Assembly (NCBI GenBank): GCA_024762975.1
Contig: JANTGJ010000005.1
Span: 1-55,365 of the forward strand
Length of the DNA stretch: 55,365 nucleotides
Source of the DNA: Candidatus Krumholzibacteriia bacterium
Lineage (GTDB): Bacteria > Krumholzibacteriota > Krumholzibacteriia > LZORAL124-64-63
Direction: 5' to 3'
Below the pieces are notes generated by a model that was given only the letters and a program-made list of their open reading frames with translations, did not search any database and was not told where the DNA came from. This document shows, piece by piece, positions 47,012-55,365 of this stretch. The translations under genes and the position numbers were made by a program. Every line of letters begins with the position of its first letter. Position 1 is the stretch's first letter.

Positions 47012-47863
47012 TTGAAGATTTCATCGAGTTACGCCGTGGCTGGAGTGGTCGGCGTCCTGGTCGGACTGATGCTGCCGGTGCTGGCTGCCGGCGCGGCGCC
47101 GACGGACTCGTTTCTGCGCAGTGAATACGAGGTGATGGGTGCATCCGCCTCGAACACGGCAGCCGGCGTGTTGGCCGCGGACCGGGAACCTCAACGCGAC
47201 CGCAGCGGCCGCAAGAGCGAGTTCGATGTCGGCGGCGACGAAGACCACGAATCCCAGGGCGGCGATCGCCAACTGGGCCGGAAGGTCAAAGCGACGCTGC
47301 TGTCCGCCGTCCTGCCCGGTGCCGGACAATGGTACAACGGCGACCGCAACAAGGCCTATTGGATGGGCGGCATCGAGGTCGGCATCTGGGGTGCTTTCCT
47401 CGTTTTCGACCATCAGGGCGACAGCTGGAAAGATTCGGCCACGGACTACGCCGGCATCTACGCCGGAACCGAAGGCGAGCACAATGACGCCTACTGGATC
47501 ACCGTCGGATCGTTCTCCGATAGCGATCGCTACGACGACAGTCGGCGCCGTGAGGCCCGGGCGCTGCAGGAACCGTATCCGGACCCGACCAGCGCCGCGG
47601 ATTCTTGGCAATGGGTGAATGATCAGCGTCGCCAGGAGTTCTGGCGTTTGTGGGGTGACGCCCACGATTCCTACGATCGTCGGGACTACATGTACATCGC
47701 TGCGCTGATCAATCGCGTCGTCTCGATGGTGGACGCCGCGCTGGGAGTCGATCGCGTCGACGGTTCGCTGGAAACGAGTGTGCTGGGACTGGACATGCGT
47801 CTGGCCGTCGATCCCGGTCTGCGGGAACCCCGTGCCCGCTGGTCTTTCGCCCGGAGCTTCTGA
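47012..47863 (+). CDS. Exported hypothetical protein (DUF5683-like), apparent paralog of the previous gene
   Basis: TTG start after GGAGG; signal peptide; SAVLPGAGQWYNG, WQW, NRVVSMVDA; ends WSFARSF. Confidence 0.7.
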   Translation: MKISSSYAVAGVVGVLVGLMLPVLAAGAAPTDSFLRSEYEVMGASASNTAAGVLAADREPQRDRSGRKSEFDVGGDEDHESQGGDRQLGRKVKATLLSAVLPGAGQWYNGDRNKAYWMGGIEVGIWGAFLVFDHQGDSWKDSATDYAGIYAGTEGEHNDAYWITVGSFSDSDRYDDSRRREARALQEPYPDPTSAADSWQWVNDQRRQEFWRLWGDAHDSYDRRDYMYIAALINRVVSMVDAALGVDRVDGSLETSVLGLDMRLAVDPGLREPRARWSFARSF

Positions 47864-48882
47864 TGGGGACGGGGCGCCGGCTTCCCCTCCGTCCGCTCCT
47901 GCGGCTGATCGCGTGCGCCCTGCTGATTCCCTGTGTTGCCGGACTCACCGCCTGCGTGGTTCCCGCTCCCGAATCCTCGCGATTGGCGGCGGGGCCTGCG
48001 TTGGCCGGGCGCCACGGCAGTCAGGTCGTGGCTCTCGAGTTCGTGGCCGCCTATGAGAACGACGCCTCCGAACCGTACTACCCTCTCGAACGGCTTGCCG
48101 GTTGCGAATACGCCCCGGACGGAACCCTCATCGTTTGCGATGATTTGCGCGGCAAGGTGCATGGTCAGGATCCGCGAACGCTGCGCTGGTTCGAATTCGA
48201 CACTCCCTATGGCGGTGGATTCCAACCGGTCGATGTGCGCGTCGACGGGTTTCGGGTTCTCGTGCTGGATCAGGGCGGCGGAGCGATTCATCACCTCGAC
48301 CTGTCGGGAGCCTATCGGGACGAATTGGTCGATGTCCGACAGTTGGACCCGGGGGCCGTGGTGCAGCCGACCTCCTTCGATATCGACCGCGACGGGCGCA
48401 TGGTGATCGCCGATGCCGGTCAGCAGGAAGTCCTCTTGCTCGACACCTTCCTGAGCTTGCATACCCGCGTCGGTGGGCCCGGTCCCCTGGATGACCAATT
48501 CCAGTTCCCGGCCGGAATCGTTTTTCGGGACGACGGCAGTTTCGTCGTGGCAGACCGGGGCAACAGTCGCCTGGCCCTGTACGGCCGCAACGGTTTCTTC
48601 GAACGCAGTGTGGGAGGCTCATTCGATCCGGTTGCCATGCTTTCGGCTCCCGGGGGTGTGGACCAGGATCGACATGGCAATCTTTTCGTCGCGGACCCGG
48701 GGTCGAGCCTGATCCACATTTTCGATGCCGCTCTTCGGCCGGTTTTCAGTGCCGGCCGCGAGTTCACTCCCGAAGGCACTCCGCTGGCGCCGGTCGACGT
48801 GGCGGTCGGGCCGGATGGGCAACTGGCGGTCACCGACCGGGCCCGCTCGGCGATCCTGGTGTACCGCATCATCTACCAGTGA
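47863..48882 (+). CDS. NHL-repeat beta-propeller lipoprotein
   Basis: Lipobox LTA-C; repeats QPVDVRVD, PTSFDIDRDG..VIAD, FQFPAGI...VVADRGN.R, P.GV..D..GNLFVAD, PVDVAV; TGATG coupling. Confidence 0.8.
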   Translation: MGTGRRLPLRPLLRLIACALLIPCVAGLTACVVPAPESSRLAAGPALAGRHGSQVVALEFVAAYENDASEPYYPLERLAGCEYAPDGTLIVCDDLRGKVHGQDPRTLRWFEFDTPYGGGFQPVDVRVDGFRVLVLDQGGGAIHHLDLSGAYRDELVDVRQLDPGAVVQPTSFDIDRDGRMVIADAGQQEVLLLDTFLSLHTRVGGPGPLDDQFQFPAGIVFRDDGSFVVADRGNSRLALYGRNGFFERSVGGSFDPVAMLSAPGGVDQDRHGNLFVADPGSSLIHIFDAALRPVFSAGREFTPEGTPLAPVDVAVGPDGQLAVTDRARSAILVYRIIYQ

Positions 48883-51800
48883 GGGCCCCCCCGGCGCTCC
48901 TGTTTCTCCTGGGCGCTGTGGTGCTCACTACCTGTCTGTGCGTGGGGATTCCTGCCCACGCGTCGGATGGTCCTCTGGCCGACGAACGCGAAATCCACCT
49001 CCTGGAAGCTGGTACCCAACCGCTGAAACTCGCTCACGGATTGATCGACCGTACCGATGTGGCGGTGTACGTGGATGGTCGGCGCTGGCTTCTGGATGAG
49101 GATTTCCAGCTCCAAAGCCGCAGCGGAAGGATTCAGCCCCTGCGCGATTGGCACTCCGACCGGGATGCGAAATCTCCGGACGAGTCCGCCCTGGTCATCG
49201 TAATCTACCGATTCCACCCTGTGGCGCTGTTGCCGCGCATCGATTTGCGACCAACGATGTCGCCGCCGAAAGCGGTCAGTGGTTTCATCCATTCGGGCGG
49301 TATCTCGCCGGACCCCGGACCGCTGACGGCCGGGATGTCCGGTGCCTCCGATCTGACGGTTCGCGGCAGCAAGTCGGTGCAGGTCTCGTCCGGCAGTCGG
49401 CGTGAAATGACGGTCGATCAGAATCTGCGTCTGGATATCAGCGGCAGCCTGACGCCCGAAATCGCGGTACGTGCCTTCATGACCGACGACAATTTGCCGG
49501 TGGTGCCGGAAGGAAACACGGAAGAACTGCGTGACATCGACAAAGTGTTGGTGGAGATCCAGGGTCCGGCGTGGCGCGCGACGCTGGGAGATTTCGTGGC
49601 GCGTCGCGAGGGATCGGTGTTCGGCCGCTACCGGCGCAAACTGCAGGGGATCTCGTTGGCAGCGGATCCGGGCGCTGCCCGGCTGGAAGTCCTGGCCGGT
49701 TCGCCTCGCGGTCGCTACCGCAGCCTGCAGGTGCAGGGGCAGGAGTCCAATCAGGGGCCCTACTACCTGGGCGCAGATGCCGGCGCCGAGAACCTGTTCA
49801 TCGTCGCCGGGAGCGAACGGGTCACCCTGGACGGCACGCCACTGGTCCGCGGGGCCGACCGCGACTACGTCATCGACTACCTGCGCGGCTCGGTGACCTT
49901 CACCTACCGCCGCCTGATTACCGCCGAATCCAATATCGTGGTTGAATTCGAACAGGGCGAGGGTGCCTATTCGCGCACGGTCCTGGGAGGGGGCGGCGGC
50001 GCACATGCGGTGGCTTCCCGCTGGAGAATCCCGTTCGACCTCTCCGTCCGGGTCGTTCGCGAGAAGGATGATCCCGGACGCCTGCGAACCGGGGAGTTGA
50101 GTGATCAGGATGAGGCGACCCTGGCGGCCGCGGGCGATGATCCGCGACGCGCCGTAGCTTCGGGAATCACCGAAACGGCAGTCGGCGAGGGGTTGTATTC
50201 CCGCCAGGTTACGGCGGGAGATACGATCTATGTTTTCCAGGAGAACGGAGAATACAATCTCCAGTTCTACTACGCCGGCGGTGGGCTGGGAGACTACGAA
50301 CTGTTGCGGTTGGACGAGTTGGGGCGCCGCGTCTTTGCTTACCGGGGCGAGGGTCTGGGCGCGTATCGCATCGGACGGCCGTTGGAGCGGCCGGAGTCGC
50401 AGAGTCTGGCCACTCTGGTCGGAAGCGTGGGCGACTCGACAGGATCGAATCTGCAAGCCGAATGGAATGTTTCCTCGGTCGACCGGAATCTGCTCTCCTC
50501 TGCGGACGACGGCGACAATTCCGGAGGCGCCGGCCGCCTGAGTGGACACCTCGCTGCGCAGGATCTCGCCGTTGGCGGTCGAAATCTGGGTCGAGTGTCC
50601 TCCGACATTTTTCTGGAGACCCGGCAGAGCCGCTTTCGGCCGTTCGAGTTGCGTCGCAATCGCTTCGACTACGAACGGTGGGGGCTCGGGGATCGCGCCC
50701 GGCGCGATGGGTTTTTGGAGGAATTCGACCGGGAATTGGGCTGGGACGGCCGATGGGAAGCCGGTTCCGATCGACGGCGAGCGTCGCTGACCGGTCGCCT
50801 GGGCAGTCTGGACCACGGTGTTTCGCTCGAGGCCGGGCAGTGGGCCGTCGATAGCGAGTGGCAATGGGGCGGCGCGCGCGGTCGCCACCGCGAACAGCGG
50901 GCCACGGCTTCCGACCGTGTCGAACCGCTGGATATCCGGAGGGAGAATCGTGCGCATGAAATCGCGTGGTCCATCGGACCGGTCGTTCCCTCCGCCCGCT
51001 GGAAGCGCTCCCAGTGGCGCGACGAAGCCCGGTCCCCGGAAACCGCGGCGGGCTATCGCCTCTCCGAATTCGGATATGGAATGAGTTCGGCTGCAAGCGG
51101 AGGTCTGGCCTGGCGTGCGGATTTTGCCCGGGCGCTGGCTGATTCCCTGTACGACGGGACCTGGCGGCGGGAGCGTGACAGCAGAACCCTGCAGGGAGGA
51201 GTGACGACCGGCAGATGGTGGGGTATGCGCTGGGTCGGTGAGGGTACCTGGCGCCGCACGGTGCGCCCGGCAGGCCAGGAGGAATCGACACGCCTGGGCC
51301 GCCTGGATCTTTCCGGAGTCTGGCCTCATCTGCACAGCGACTGGTCCGTCGGCTACCGACTGGATAACAGTCGAGCCCGGGTGCTGGATCGCCAAATCGT
51401 CTACATCGGACTTCAACAGGGCGATTACGATCAGGAAGGGCGCTATCTGGGCATCGATCAGGGAGACTACGATGTCCTCCTGGCCGCTACCGATTCGCTC
51501 GTCGCCACGACGGCGGTACAGACGGACCTGCGCTGGCGACAGGGGTTCGGCTTTCTGGGAAAGGATCGCTGGACCGGCGCCTGGACCGCGGTAACCCGCG
51601 CAACCGTGCAGGGACGCAGTACGACCGAACGGATCCGCGAGCTGTTGCTGCTCCAGCGGGGGGTCCTGTTCGATCGGGATCAGACGGTGCTGACCGAGAT
51701 CCGATTCTCCGAGGAGATGATCGTTCTGCAGCACCTGAAACGTTGGGATCTGCGGGGGCGCTTTGATTACGAGGAAGCTCTGGACCGGCAGTTCTCCCAG

Positions 51801-52302
51801 CATCCGGAGGATCGGGTTCGGCGCGGGTACCTCCTGAATTCCACCTGGACGGCATCGAAGCGCTTCTCCCTGCGTGGGCGGTGGCAGTTGGAAGACGACC
51901 GACGATCTTCGGACGAGAGTCTGGCCAGCGTTCGGCGCAGCTACTCCGTCACGACCCGCACGCACGAACTGGGCGGTGTGTTTCGTGCCTCGGCGGCCAG
52001 TCGAATGTCACTGCAGGGCGAGTATCTGCTACGCGATGATGCCGTTACCGGGGTCGAACAAACCGAATATGCGCTGCGCCCCGAAACCCGTCTGCGTCTT
52101 TCGGGATCGTGGAGCCTGCAGGGCCTGCTGCGAGTCGCGGAGGTGGATTCGCGTGGCGCAAGCGTGTTCGCCCGGCCGTGGTTCTTTCCCGAGCCCGGCC
52201 GCAACGTCGAGTCTTCGCTCCGGCTGAGCTGGGAGCCGACGCGATACCTGACGGTGGCCGGCAACTGGTTTGCCCGCAAACGTGGCGAGGGGAGGTGGGA
52301 GC

Positions 52303-55365
<3,063 letters not shown>

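Overview
High-GC (roughly 60-65% by eye), gene-dense chromosomal segment from a diderm bacterium. Type IX secretion (T9SS) components in a genome that uses TTGACA-type promoters and strong Shine-Dalgarno sites suggest a non-Bacteroidota FCB-group lineage such as Krumholzibacteriota or Latescibacterota; this is inference only. From left to right: a truncated MFS transporter, bifunctional FTCD, a NYN protein, a class IV aminotransferase, a TPR protein with a sigma-54-type promoter, and a complete complex I operon (nuoA-B-CD-E-F-G-H-I-J-K-L-M-N). Then follow a CsgG-like protein, glutaryl-CoA dehydrogenase plus a NifU-domain gene, a suhB-NhaC-DUF62 operon, a lipoprotein, PIN-PhoH, an M23 peptidase, an outer-membrane protein, dnaE and accA. 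The most interesting part is a ~18 kb co-oriented envelope cluster (36459-54156): Trm112, a PorU-like C25 sortase with an unexpected N-terminal membrane His/Asp-rich domain, PorV, an M6 protease/FG-GAP/CTD protein, two paralogous unknown proteins ending in a beta-signal, an NHL lipoprotein, a 1152-aa SprA-motif beta-barrel and an Omp85 paralog. The window ends in a truncated ligA. I saw no tRNA, rRNA, CRISPR array or mobile element. All family calls come from motif recognition by eye; no searches were run.
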